From the IMG/VR virus record IMGVR_UViG_3300020151_001403: a stretch of 64,000 nt of DNA, one strand, 5' to 3'. A program made the position numbers and the translations under genes. The notes beneath the pieces are model-generated. The model did not search any database. It was not told where the DNA came from and saw nothing but the letters and a program-made list of their open reading frames with translations. The first letter of the stretch is position 1; the number at the start of each line of letters is the position of its first letter. Of the stretch, positions 38,107 to 48,261 are shown piece after piece. This stretch comes from an uncultured virus (IMG/VR IMGVR_UViG_3300020151_001403) (lineage: Duplodnaviria > Heunggongvirae > Uroviricota > Caudoviricetes).

Positions 38107-38766
38107 ATGTTAGAAACACAACTACAAGAAGAACTAAATCGTTATAATGCGATTAACAAATACGCTAAGAAAATGATAATGGAGCAAGAAGCACCATTAC
38201 CACCGGCAGACCCATCATTAGACGCTGCGGCACCGATGGACCCAGCAATGGGTGGAGCACCTACTGATGTACCTCCAATGGATGCGGCGGCACCCGCACC
38301 AATGGATGCACCTGCAGACATGGCAATGGGTGATACCGAAGAAATCGATATTACAGATTTAGTTAATATGACTAAGAGTCTTAAAAAAGATATTGAAGGT
38401 ACACAAAATGACCACTCAACTGTTATTGGTAAGATGGATGATGTTTTCACAAAACTTGATGATTTGGCATCTAAATTATCTGAGATGGATAACTTAGTTC
38501 AAAAGATAGAACAATTAGGTACTGAGGTAAAACAAATGAAACCTGAAACACCACAAGAAAGATTGGAAATGCGTTCATTAGATTCATATCCTTTTAATCA
38601 AAAACCAACTGATTTCTTTTCACAAAAACAAGAAGAAATGAGAGCAAGTGGTAAAAACGAATACGTTTTAACTAAAGACGAGGTAAATGATTTTACACCA
38701 GAAACATTAAGAGATACGTTTAACGATACAGGAGAAGAAGAAAATGAAAATGAATTTAAATTCTAA
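38107..38766 (+). CDS. Hypothetical acidic coiled-coil protein with Pro/Ala/Met/Asp linker (possible head/scaffold protein)
   Basis: LQEELNRY N-terminus, APMD repeats, heptad region. Confidence 0.65.
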   Translation: MLETQLQEELNRYNAINKYAKKMIMEQEAPLPPADPSLDAAAPMDPAMGGAPTDVPPMDAAAPAPMDAPADMAMGDTEEIDITDLVNMTKSLKKDIEGTQNDHSTVIGKMDDVFTKLDDLASKLSEMDNLVQKIEQLGTEVKQMKPETPQERLEMRSLDSYPFNQKPTDFFSQKQEEMRASGKNEYVLTKDEVNDFTPETLRDTFNDTGEEENENEFKF

Positions 38767-39124
38767 TGTAAATTTCCTTATAGGATTACATACTCAATTA
38801 AAAATATTTCATTGGCAAACTAAAGGTTTTTCAAGACACAACGCTTTTGCAGAAACAAGAGATACGTTGGAAGATTTGATGGATGAATTTGTTGAACAAG
38901 CAATGGGTCAGTACGGTAGATTTCAATTAGATGAAGAAACAAATACAATTGAATTAGTAAATATTGGTGATGTAAAACCCGAAGAGATGTTAGAAACCGT
39001 GTGTAAATCTTTTGTTCAATGGACTGATAGTATCGATGAAAAAGATACAAATCTTTTAAATTTACGAGATGAAATGCTTGGTTTATTCCAAAAATTAAAA
39101 TATTTACTTACATTAAACAAATAA
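38750..39124 (+). CDS. Ferritin/Dps-like four-helix protein
   Basis: QLKIFHWQTKGFSRHNAF...DEFVEQ...NLRDEMLG..KLKYLL; start at 38744 or 38750. Confidence 0.7.
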   Translation: MNLNSNVNFLIGLHTQLKIFHWQTKGFSRHNAFAETRDTLEDLMDEFVEQAMGQYGRFQLDEETNTIELVNIGDVKPEEMLETVCKSFVQWTDSIDEKDTNLLNLRDEMLGLFQKLKYLLTLNK

Positions 39125-39142
39125 GAAAAAAAATAAAATAAA

Positions 39143-39370
39143 ATGATATCAGGTTCAGCAGCAAGAATTGCATCAAATACGGCAACAAGTTCACTATCAT
39201 ATATTGATAGTTTAGTAACCGGAGCAACCGCTCAGGGTTTATACACAATAATGGTAGATGGAGCAAAAATTAATTCCGCCATGATAACAACACTTAAACA
39301 GTACGGTTATACGGTTACCGAATCTTTTGACACTATGGGGACGTACCCAAGATATACCATTAATTGGTAA
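39143..39370 (+). CDS. Hypothetical small protein
   Basis: 75 aa ORF. Confidence 0.65.
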   Translation: MISGSAARIASNTATSSLSYIDSLVTGATAQGLYTIMVDGAKINSAMITTLKQYGYTVTESFDTMGTYPRYTINW

Positions 39371-39399
39371 TTTGATTAAAAAAATTAATGTAAATAATT

Positions 39400-39428
39400 A
39401 AACCGAATTTCGTAATTCGGTTTTTTTT
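39400..39428 (+). terminator. Intrinsic terminator
   Basis: AACCGAATT-TCGT-AATTCGGTT followed by a T run. Confidence 0.75.
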
Positions 39429-39431
39429 ATG

Positions 39432-39439
39432 TATATTTG
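39432..39439 (+). promoter_or_regulatory. TAnnTTTG (-7) element upstream of the replication operon
   Basis: TATATTTG, identical to the element before the polymerase gene. Confidence 0.5.
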
Positions 39440-39465
39440 TTCTATAACTAAAAACATATATTATT

Positions 39466-40338
39466 ATGTCTACATTTGATGCAGTACTGGCTCAGTACGA
39501 AAAAAACAAGAACGCCACAAGTGGTAACGCAAATCGAGTGTCCTCAGAGGACCGCATGAAGAAGTATTTCACTACCGTATTACCGAAAGGTTCTAAAGGT
39601 GAGGAAAAACGTATTCGTATTCTACCTACAAAAGATGGTTCAACACCATTCGTTGAGGTATATTTCCACGAAGTTCAAGTGGATGGAAAATGGGTAAAAT
39701 TATTTGACCCAAAACAAGAAGGAAAACGTTCTCCATTAAACGAGATTCATGATGAATTAATGATGACAGGTGTTGAGTCTGACCGTGAGTTGGCTCGTCA
39801 ATATCGTTCTCGTAAATTCTACATTGTAAAAGTTATCGACCGTGATAATGAAAACGATGGTGTTAAGTTTTGGAGATTTAAGCACAATGCAAAAGGAGAT
39901 GGTATCTTGGATAAAATTATCCCTATCTTCCGTAATAAAGGTGACATCACAAATGTTGCTGATGGTCGTGACTTAATTTTATCATTAACATTGGCTAAGT
40001 CAGGTAATGGTAAAGAGTACACAACAATCAATTCAGTAATTCCTGAAGATAAAGGACCTTTACATACAGATGAGAACATCGGTAGCACATGGGCAAATGA
40101 CGAATTAACTTGGTCTGATGTTTATTCTAAGAAAGGTGAAGACTACTTAGAGATGGTTGCAAACGGTGAAGTTCCACGTTGGGATTCTAACTTGAGTAAA
40201 TGGGTATCTAATTCATCAGGTGAAGAAACAATGGGTCAAGCACCTCAAGCTCCATCAGCACCTTCAGCACCTGCTAAGGCTCCCGTAATTGAGGACCCAC
40301 AAGCAGATGAAGAGGTTGACGAAGAATTACCATTCTAA
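39466..40338 (+). CDS. Single-stranded DNA-binding protein (gp32-like)
   Basis: IRILP, PFVEVYFH, FYIVKVIDR, GRDLIL; acidic tail EEVDEELPF. Confidence 0.8.
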   Translation: MSTFDAVLAQYEKNKNATSGNANRVSSEDRMKKYFTTVLPKGSKGEEKRIRILPTKDGSTPFVEVYFHEVQVDGKWVKLFDPKQEGKRSPLNEIHDELMMTGVESDRELARQYRSRKFYIVKVIDRDNENDGVKFWRFKHNAKGDGILDKIIPIFRNKGDITNVADGRDLILSLTLAKSGNGKEYTTINSVIPEDKGPLHTDENIGSTWANDELTWSDVYSKKGEDYLEMVANGEVPRWDSNLSKWVSNSSGEETMGQAPQAPSAPSAPAKAPVIEDPQADEEVDEELPF

Positions 40339-40344
40339 TATCAC

Positions 40345-40371
40345 GGGGTGGTGAAACATCCACCCCATTTT
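40345..40371 (+). terminator. Hairpin/terminator after the SSB gene
   Basis: GGGGTGG...CCACCCC followed by ATTTT. Confidence 0.6.
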
Positions 40372-40384
40372 AAAAACAAAATAC

Positions 40385-41425
40385 ATGGGAATTAAAAAAC
40401 AAGATTTTTCAAGCATGTCGAGTGTTGTAGACAAATACTCAACTAAGACTACTTATAAGGCCGATAGGTTCTTGGATTTAGGTGATGCTTTCTTGGATGC
40501 AACGGGTATTCCGGGTCCCGCCATTGGTCATATCAATATGTTGTTAGGACATTCTGATACCGGAAAGACAACCGCACTATTAGGTGCTGCTGCAGATGGT
40601 ATTAAAAAAGGAATGTTACCTGTGTTTATTATCACAGAACAAAAGTTTGATTTTGAGCACGCAAGGATTATGGGTATTCCTGTTGAACAAGAAGTTGACC
40701 CTGAAACTGGTGAAGTAACTTATTCAGGTCCTTACATTTTTAAGAACGATTTTGATTTTATCGAACAAATCACGGACTTTATGAATGAATTAATGGATGC
40801 ACAAGATAAGGGTAACATTCCTTATGACTTGTTATTCCTTTGGGATTCTGTGGGTTCAGTACCTTGTAAGATGACATTTGAAGGTAAAGGTGGTAAACAA
40901 CATAATGCGGCAGCTTTAGCTGACAAAATTGGTATGGGTATCAATCAACGTATTTCAGGTTCACGTCGTTCACAGAAACCTCATACAAACACATTGATTA
41001 TTGTTAACCAACCTTGGGTTGAATTACCAGATAATATCTATGGACAACCAAAGATTAAGGCTAAAGGTGGTGAGGCGATTTATTTGAACTCAACATTGGT
41101 TTTCTTATTTGGTAATCAAAAGAATGCTGGTACAACTAAAATACCTATCACAAAAAACAAAAGAACTATTAGTGTGGCTACGAGAAGTAAAATCTCCGTA
41201 ATGAAAAACCACGTTAATGGTATTGCATTTGCTGATGGTAAGATTATGGTTACACCACACGGATTCTTGAGAGCAAAAGAAACGGCTGAAGAAAAAATTT
41301 CACGTGAACAATATGTTAAAGATAATTTAGATTATATTAGCAAGTTGTTTGGTGAGAAGGTATCTGATTTAAAAGATATCAAATTCGAAGATGTTGCAGA
41401 CGCAAATGATTCAGACGAAGAATAG
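40385..41425 (+). CDS. uvsX: RecA/UvsX-like recombinase
   Basis: GHSDTGKT Walker A, LFLWDSVG Walker B, IIVNQ, KGGEA, KNHV. Confidence 0.85.
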   Translation: MGIKKQDFSSMSSVVDKYSTKTTYKADRFLDLGDAFLDATGIPGPAIGHINMLLGHSDTGKTTALLGAAADGIKKGMLPVFIITEQKFDFEHARIMGIPVEQEVDPETGEVTYSGPYIFKNDFDFIEQITDFMNELMDAQDKGNIPYDLLFLWDSVGSVPCKMTFEGKGGKQHNAAALADKIGMGINQRISGSRRSQKPHTNTLIIVNQPWVELPDNIYGQPKIKAKGGEAIYLNSTLVFLFGNQKNAGTTKIPITKNKRTISVATRSKISVMKNHVNGIAFADGKIMVTPHGFLRAKETAEEKISREQYVKDNLDYISKLFGEKVSDLKDIKFEDVADANDSDEE

Positions 41426-41448
41426 TTTCACATTTTAAATTAAAACAA

Positions 41449-42468
41449 ATGTCCGTTTTACTTGTCGATGGTGACAATTTATTAACAATCGGATTTTACG
41501 GGTGTAAGAATTTCTTTTTTAAGGGGAATCATATTGGGGGAATATATCATTTCCTCAATACCCTTAGAAGGTCTTTCGAAGAATATCACTTAGATAAGAT
41601 TGTTGTATTTTGGGACGGACATGAAGGTTCATCATCACGCAGAAAAGTTTATCATCTCTATAAAGAAAATAGAAAAAGTAGACTTCGTAGTGAAGAAGAA
41701 TTAAATTCATACAATTATCAAAGAGATAGAGTTAAACAATACCTTGAGGAGTTATTTGTTCGCCAAGGAGAGTACGAATTCTGTGAAACCGATGATTGTA
41801 TTGCTTACTACACAAAGAATTCACCAGAGGAAAAGAAAATAGTTTATTCCTCAGACGGAGACTTAACTCAATTAGTTTCTGAAAATACAAAAATTTATAA
41901 CCCATCACATCATAAGTTATATAGTGCTAATGACACTATTAAGTATCAACATGAAGATGTCTTAATTGAGAATGTAAAAATCATTAAGATGTTATGTGGT
42001 GACCCATCAGATAATATCTCAGGTATTAAAAATATGGGTATTAAAAGATTGATAACTCTCTTTCCCGAAGTACAAACAAAGAAATTATCTTTAGATGAAA
42101 TAATTGAACAAGGTAATAACATCTTTGAACAAGACAAAAATAATAAACTAATAACAAATTTATTAACCGGCGTAACAAAACATGGTGTTTTCGGTGATGA
42201 GTTTTTTGAGATTAACAATAAAATTGTTAACTTAGATGAACCATTGTTAACAGAAGAAGCCAAAGAAAATATTTACGGATTAATAGAGGATAATCTTGAC
42301 CCTGAGGGAAGGTCATATAAAAACACAATGAAGATGATGATTGAAGATGGGATGTTTACAGTCCTACCAAAATCAGATACGGCGTGGATAAATTTCTTAA
42401 ATCCTTTCCTTAGATTGACAAGAAAAGAAAAAAATAAAAGAATTATTAAAATCAAAAACTATGAGTAA
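41449..42468 (+). CDS. 5'-3' exonuclease / T4 RNase H-like (FEN family)
   Basis: LLVDGDN, VFWDG, YKENR, ETDDCIA, SSDGDLTQL, GDPSDNISGI. Confidence 0.9.
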   Translation: MSVLLVDGDNLLTIGFYGCKNFFFKGNHIGGIYHFLNTLRRSFEEYHLDKIVVFWDGHEGSSSRRKVYHLYKENRKSRLRSEEELNSYNYQRDRVKQYLEELFVRQGEYEFCETDDCIAYYTKNSPEEKKIVYSSDGDLTQLVSENTKIYNPSHHKLYSANDTIKYQHEDVLIENVKIIKMLCGDPSDNISGIKNMGIKRLITLFPEVQTKKLSLDEIIEQGNNIFEQDKNNKLITNLLTGVTKHGVFGDEFFEINNKIVNLDEPLLTEEAKENIYGLIEDNLDPEGRSYKNTMKMMIEDGMFTVLPKSDTAWINFLNPFLRLTRKEKNKRIIKIKNYE

Positions 42469-42907
42469 CGAGCAATCAATTACTAAATTCGAATTCATTT
42501 TAACATTAGAAAAAAATATAGTATGTCAACGTTTTTTTAATGTGATGGAACACACCCCTAAATCACGTCGTTCATTAGACCTTTCTGACTATGTTAAAAA
42601 TATTTGTGAGGAAATTTCGAATGATTTGAAAATAAAAACTTCCGATTACTTGTGTGAAAATCAGAATTTTTTTCAGTCTTCTGACTATGTGGAAGAAAAT
42701 TCCGATAAGGATAAAGAACAATTTTTACTACAACTAAAGTTGGGTGAGGATGTATTTATTGAAAGGATATTTCCGGCACATTATTTTCACCCAAAAGTGA
42801 GATATACCGTTGATATTCGTCCGAAACTAAAGAGAATGTTGGGTAACCTTACTGACATATTATCATCTGAAGAATTGGAAACAACTTATTTAAATTACCA
42901 ACTTTAA
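42461..42907 (+). CDS. Hypothetical protein
   Basis: 148 aa ORF in the replication operon. Confidence 0.7.
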   Translation: MSNEQSITKFEFILTLEKNIVCQRFFNVMEHTPKSRRSLDLSDYVKNICEEISNDLKIKTSDYLCENQNFFQSSDYVEENSDKDKEQFLLQLKLGEDVFIERIFPAHYFHPKVRYTVDIRPKLKRMLGNLTDILSSEELETTYLNYQL

Positions 42908-42928
42908 TTAACTTTTTAAAAAATTATT

Positions 42929-44308
42929 ATGGAAGAAAGAAATTTTGGACACCTAGGATTTTCCTTTCAACAATCGTTGTTAAAGGCGATTATTGAGGAT
43001 AGAAAATATGGTGATACCATTATCGAAGTTTTGGAAACAAAGTTTTTTGATAACAATTCATTTAGATATATTATCGAAAATGTAAAAGAATTGTATTCAT
43101 CTTATGGTAAGATTCCAAATTATGAAACAATATCTCAAAAAATCATGTCGGAAAGTGGGAATAAGGATTCAAACCGTATCCACATTGACACGTTAGAACA
43201 AATCAAAAACGATGACAAAGACACACACTTTGTAAAAGACAGAGCGTTGAACTTCTGTAAGCAACAAAATCTTAGAAAGGAATTAAAGAACGTTAACCAC
43301 ATTATTGAGAATGGTAACTTTGAAGAGTACCATAAAATTGAACAAATTATTCAAAAGGCATTACAAGTTGGTACTGATGATAATGATGTTGTTGATGTGT
43401 TTTATGATATTGATTCAGCATTAGAAAAAGATTTCAGATTACCAATTCCAACAGGTATCGTGGGTATCGATAACTTATTGAAAGGTGGGTTAGGACGTGG
43501 TGAATTGGGTATTATTTTAGCACCAACTGGTACAGGTAAGACAACCATTTTAACTAAGTTTGCAAACACCGCATTTAATAATGACTTCAATGTGTTACAA
43601 ATCTTCTTTGAAGATAATCGTGATAACGTAAGAAGAAAACATTTTACCATTTGGACAAATGTTGAACCGGATGACCAACCTGAATATGCCGAGGAAGTAA
43701 AAGAAAAAGTACTTGAAGCTCAAGCTCGTTCTAAAGGTGTTTTGAAAATGATTAAGATGTCAAGTGATGACGCCACTATATCTAAGATTAAATCAAAAAT
43801 CAGAAAACTAATGTCAGAAGGATTTGTACCTGATGTGTTAATTTTAGATTATGTTGACTGTGTTAGTACAGATAATAGTATTAACGGTGAAGAATGGAAA
43901 GGTGAGGGTTCTGTAATGAGAAGTCTTGAATCTATGACAACTGAGTTTAACATGGCTATTTGGACTGCAACACAAGGTAGTAGAGATTCAATCTCATCAG
44001 AGGTTGTAACAAGTGACCAAATGGGTGGTTCAATTAAGAAAGCACAAATTGCGCACGTTATCATTTCAATTGCTAAGACATTAGAACAGAAAGAACATAA
44101 CTTAGCAACATTAAGTTTATTAAAATCACGTATTGGACAAGATGGTATTATATTCCAAAACTGTAAATTCGATAATAAAATGTTAATTATTGATACCGAT
44201 ACTCAAAATACCTTACTTGGTCATGAAGAACAAAAGACTCAAGATAGAGCAAACAGAGCGGTAGAAGCATTTAGAACAAGACAATTAAGAGAAAATCAAA
44301 CAATTTAA
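42929..44308 (+). CDS. Replicative DnaB/gp41-like helicase
   Basis: IPTGIVGIDNLLKGGLGRGEL, APTGTGKT, LILDYVD, WTATQ, KSRIG. Confidence 0.9.
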   Translation: MEERNFGHLGFSFQQSLLKAIIEDRKYGDTIIEVLETKFFDNNSFRYIIENVKELYSSYGKIPNYETISQKIMSESGNKDSNRIHIDTLEQIKNDDKDTHFVKDRALNFCKQQNLRKELKNVNHIIENGNFEEYHKIEQIIQKALQVGTDDNDVVDVFYDIDSALEKDFRLPIPTGIVGIDNLLKGGLGRGELGIILAPTGTGKTTILTKFANTAFNNDFNVLQIFFEDNRDNVRRKHFTIWTNVEPDDQPEYAEEVKEKVLEAQARSKGVLKMIKMSSDDATISKIKSKIRKLMSEGFVPDVLILDYVDCVSTDNSINGEEWKGEGSVMRSLESMTTEFNMAIWTATQGSRDSISSEVVTSDQMGGSIKKAQIAHVIISIAKTLEQKEHNLATLSLLKSRIGQDGIIFQNCKFDNKMLIIDTDTQNTLLGHEEQKTQDRANRAVEAFRTRQLRENQTI

Positions 44309-44311
44309 ATT

Positions 44312-45289
44312 ATGACTGAAAAAATACTACAAGACAATCCAGGACGGTTTGTCCTCTTTCCTATCGAACATAACGATATATGGAAATTCTATAAACAACA
44401 AGAAGCATGTTTTTGGACTGCCGAAGAAATTGATTTGGGCCAAGATATACAAGATTGGGATAATAAGTTAAACGACGACGAGAAACACTTTGTGAAACAT
44501 ATTTTAGCATTTTTTGCAGCATCTGATGGTATTGTTAATGAAAACATCGCGTTAAATTTTGTGAATGAGGTACAATACACTGAAGCAAAAATGTTTTATG
44601 GTTTCCAAATTATGATGGAGAATATCCATAGCGAGACCTATTCGTTATTAATTGATTCTTATATCAAAGATAAAGAAGACCAATTAAATTTATTTAATGC
44701 GATTGAAACAATACCAGCAATTAAAAAGAAAGCTGAGTGGGCAATGAGGTGGATTGAAAATGGCACATTCGCTGAACGTTTAATTGCGTTTGCTGCGGTT
44801 GAAGGTATCTTCTTTTCAGGTTCATTCTGTTCAATTTTTTGGTTGAAGAAACGTGGTTTAATGCCGGGTTTAACATTTTCTAACGAGTTGATTTCACGTG
44901 ATGAAGGAATGCATTGTGACTTTGCTTGTCACTTATTTAACAATCACATTGAAAATAAATTATCTGAGACTCAGATTAAAGAAATCATTGTAAGTGCGTT
45001 AGCAATTGAGAAAGAATTTATCTTAGAAGCATTACCTGTTCGTTTAATTGGTATGAACTCTGATTTAATGTCACAATATCTTGAGTTTGTTACGGACAGA
45101 TTATTAATGGCGTTAGGGTGTTCGAAGGTTTACAATTCGGAAAATCCTTTTGATTTTATGCAAAACATTGCATTACAAGGTAAAACAAACTTCTTTGAAA
45201 AACGTGTTGCTGAGTATCAAAAAGCGGGTGTTAATAATAAAAGTGATGAAAGCATTGAAGATGCATTTAACGGAGATATAGATTTTTAA
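44312..45289 (+). CDS. nrdB: Class Ia ribonucleotide reductase, beta subunit
   Basis: [51 protein letters not shown]. Confidence 0.97.
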   Translation: MTEKILQDNPGRFVLFPIEHNDIWKFYKQQEACFWTAEEIDLGQDIQDWDNKLNDDEKHFVKHILAFFAASDGIVNENIALNFVNEVQYTEAKMFYGFQIMMENIHSETYSLLIDSYIKDKEDQLNLFNAIETIPAIKKKAEWAMRWIENGTFAERLIAFAAVEGIFFSGSFCSIFWLKKRGLMPGLTFSNELISRDEGMHCDFACHLFNNHIENKLSETQIKEIIVSALAIEKEFILEALPVRLIGMNSDLMSQYLEFVTDRLLMALGCSKVYNSENPFDFMQNIALQGKTNFFEKRVAEYQKAGVNNKSDESIEDAFNGDIDF

Positions 45290-45292
45290 AAT

Positions 45293-47716
45293 ATGAAAGT
45301 AAAAAAACGCGACGGTTCCCTTGAGGAGATGAGATATGACAAGATTACTAAACGTATTAGTATCTTATGTCATGATTTAAATATGGAGTACATTGACCCT
45401 ACCTATGTTACATTAAAAGTAACACAAGGTATCTACGATGGTATTACCACTATCGAATTAGATAAATTGGCAGCAGAGACTGCGGTTGCTATGACCACAA
45501 CTCACCCCGATTATTCTAAATTAGCTGGTAGAATTGAAGTATCAAGTCTACATAAGTCAACACCAAAGAAGTTTTCACAGTGTATCAAAGAATTACACTC
45601 ATTTGTTGAACCAAGAACGGGGAAACAATCTTCATTAATTGATACTCAACTTTACAAGTTTGTATTAGAAAATAAAGATGTAATTGACTCCGCAATTGTT
45701 ATGGATAGAGATTTTGATTTCGATTATTTCGGTATCAAAACATTGGAACGTTCTTATCTTATTAAGATTGGACAAAAGATTGTAGAAAGACCACAATACC
45801 TTTATATGAGAGTCGCGTTAGGTATTTGTAACTTTAACCTTGAAGAAGGATTAAAAATCTATGATGACTTATCCCAGCACTATTACACACATGCAACACC
45901 AACGCTGTTTAATGCCGGCACACCAAGACCCCAAATGTCTTCTTGTTTCTTAATTGGTAATAAAGGTGATGATATTGATGGATTGTTTAATACATTAGGT
46001 GATGTTGCAAAGATTTCTAAGTGGGCTGGTGGTATTGGATTACACGTACACGATGTTCGTGCTAAAGGTTCATATATTAAGGGAACTGGTGGAGAATCTG
46101 ACGGTCTATTACCAATGATGAAAACTTATAACGAAGTTGCTCGTTGGATTAACCAAGGTGGTAAACGTAAAGGTTCATTTGCGGTATACTTGGAACCATG
46201 GCACGCTGATGTTGTTGAATTTATTGAATTAAGAAAAAATCATGGTAAGGAAGAATTACGTGCTCGTGATTTGTTCTTAGCTTTATGGACGCCTGATTTG
46301 TTTATGAAACGTGTTGAGGAAGATGGTAATTGGACATTATTCTCACCTGATGAAGCACCTGGTTTATCTGATGTATATGACACACCGGAAGAAAAGAAAT
46401 TCACCGAGTTATATGAATCATATGAACAACAAGGTTTAGGTCGTAAAACGATTAAGGCAAGAAAGTTAATGGATGATATATTAACGGCACAGATTGAGAC
46501 GGGTGTTCCTTATATGTTGTACAAAGATGCGGCTAACTATAAATCAAATCAAAAGAACTTAGGTACAATTAAGTCTTCAAACTTGTGTACCGAAATTATT
46601 GAGTATAGTTCACCAACTGAACAAGCGGTTTGTAACTTGGCATCGATTGCATTACCAAAATATATTCTTAATGGTGAGTTTGACCATCAATTATTATATG
46701 ATGCAACATATCAAATTGTTAAGAACTTAAACAATGTAATTGATTTAAACTTCTATCCAACAGCGGAAACAAAGTTATCAAACTTTAGACATAGATCCGT
46801 TGGTTTGGGTGTTCAAGGTTTGGCAGATGTATTCTGTATCTTAGGATTACCATTTGAGTCGGACGAAGCTGACACATTACAAATTGATATTTTTGAAACA
46901 ATCTATTTTGCAGCATTAACATCGTCAAAAGATTTGGCTAAACTACATGGCCCATATGAATCAATTGATGGCTCACCAATTTCACGTGGAGAATTCCAAT
47001 ATCAAATGTGGGGTAAAACAGATGAAGATACTTCAGGTCGTTGGGATTGGAAATCCTTACGTAAAGAGGTGGTTAACAATGGTGTTAGAAACTCATTATT
47101 AGTTGCTCCGATGCCAACGGCATCTACAGCTCAAATCTTGGGTAACAACGAATGTTTTGAACCATTCACAACAAACTTATATGCAAGAAGAACATTGGGT
47201 GGTGAATTTGTGGTAATTAACCAACACTTAGTTAAGGATTTACTTAAACATGATTTATGGAATGAGGAGATTAAGAATAAAATCATTATGGAAAATGGTT
47301 CTATCCAAAACATCCCTGAGATTCCAACTGAATTAAAAGAAATCTATAAAACAGTATGGGAGATGTCACAAAAACGTATTTTAAATATGGCGGCAAATCG
47401 TAGTGTATATATTGACCAATCTCAGTCAATGAACTTATTTATTAGTGGTGTGAACAAAGCTAAGTTATTGGCGGCACACTTACATGGTTGGAAATTAGGT
47501 TTAAAAACAGGTATGTACTACTTACGTTCAACATCCGCAGTTGAGGCCATGAAGGGATTAGGTATTGATACGTCAACAGTTAAACCCGTAGAACCCCCAC
47601 AAGTTTATTCAACACCAACTAATAATTCATTAATTAGTGAAAGTACACCAGAAGTTGAAATGACAATTGAAAGGCCATCCGATTCACCATTTGAGTGTGA
47701 AGGTTGTGGTTCCTGA
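45293..47716 (+). CDS. nrdA: Class Ia ribonucleotide reductase, alpha subunit with ATP cone
   Basis: VKKRDG cone, QMSSCFL, SNLCTEI, VCNLASI, APMPTAST, TGMYYLR, C-terminal CEGC. Confidence 0.97.
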   Translation: MKVKKRDGSLEEMRYDKITKRISILCHDLNMEYIDPTYVTLKVTQGIYDGITTIELDKLAAETAVAMTTTHPDYSKLAGRIEVSSLHKSTPKKFSQCIKELHSFVEPRTGKQSSLIDTQLYKFVLENKDVIDSAIVMDRDFDFDYFGIKTLERSYLIKIGQKIVERPQYLYMRVALGICNFNLEEGLKIYDDLSQHYYTHATPTLFNAGTPRPQMSSCFLIGNKGDDIDGLFNTLGDVAKISKWAGGIGLHVHDVRAKGSYIKGTGGESDGLLPMMKTYNEVARWINQGGKRKGSFAVYLEPWHADVVEFIELRKNHGKEELRARDLFLALWTPDLFMKRVEEDGNWTLFSPDEAPGLSDVYDTPEEKKFTELYESYEQQGLGRKTIKARKLMDDILTAQIETGVPYMLYKDAANYKSNQKNLGTIKSSNLCTEIIEYSSPTEQAVCNLASIALPKYILNGEFDHQLLYDATYQIVKNLNNVIDLNFYPTAETKLSNFRHRSVGLGVQGLADVFCILGLPFESDEADTLQIDIFETIYFAALTSSKDLAKLHGPYESIDGSPISRGEFQYQMWGKTDEDTSGRWDWKSLRKEVVNNGVRNSLLVAPMPTASTAQILGNNECFEPFTTNLYARRTLGGEFVVINQHLVKDLLKHDLWNEEIKNKIIMENGSIQNIPEIPTELKEIYKTVWEMSQKRILNMAANRSVYIDQSQSMNLFISGVNKAKLLAAHLHGWKLGLKTGMYYLRSTSAVEAMKGLGIDTSTVKPVEPPQVYSTPTNNSLISESTPEVEMTIERPSDSPFECEGCGS

Positions 47717-47743
47717 TGAATAATAATACATAAATTTAAAGAT

Positions 47744-47770
47744 AATCCCGGCTTAGGTCGGGATTTTTTT
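47744..47770 (+). terminator. Intrinsic terminator after nrdA
   Basis: AATCCCGGC-TTAG-GTCGGGATT followed by a T run. Confidence 0.8.
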
Positions 47771-47807
47771 ATTTATTACCATTTCTATATTGTTTATATT
47801 TATAGGT

Positions 47808-48260
47808 ATGGCAGTAAAATATGGAATGGATTTTCCATTCAGAGATAGTAACGAGGGTAATTACCTAAGAATGACCGTTGAACCTGAAAGAGAAATTAGG
47901 GCAAATCTTATACATCTTCTTTTAACTAGAAGAGGTAGTAGATATTTTTTACCCGACTTTGGTACAAGATTATACCAATTTATATTTGACCAAAATGATA
48001 TGGTTACGTTTGGTCTTATTGAAGAAGAAATAAGGTCAGTAGTAAAAAAATATATACCGAATTTAGATATCACAAAAATCGAAGTGAAAAATGCTGAGGA
48101 AGATTTGGAGAGTGGTGGTTCATTAACACAAGATGAGGATGAAAGATTATTTAGAGTATCGGATGAATCCACCAAACCATACACCGCAAAAGTAAAAATA
48201 GAATACACAATTAATAACGGGACTTTCACGTCTTCGGACTTTGTAATTATTAACATTTAA
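47808..48260 (+). CDS. Baseplate wedge protein (gp25-like)
   Basis: IRANLIHLLLTRRGSRYFLPDFGTRLYQFIFD; ATG at 47808. Confidence 0.88.
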   Translation: MAVKYGMDFPFRDSNEGNYLRMTVEPEREIRANLIHLLLTRRGSRYFLPDFGTRLYQFIFDQNDMVTFGLIEEEIRSVVKKYIPNLDITKIEVKNAEEDLESGGSLTQDEDERLFRVSDESTKPYTAKVKIEYTINNGTFTSSDFVIINI

Positions 48261-48261
48261 A

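Noticed and set aside
12306..47716. Inteins or introns in polymerase, helicase, UvsX or RNR genes
   Set aside because: ORFs are continuous and of ordinary length, with no splice-junction or homing-endonuclease motifs seen
47790..47807. TTG start for the gp25-like gene
   Set aside because: Would include the TATTTAT motif; the ATG at 47808 fits the pattern seen at other late genes
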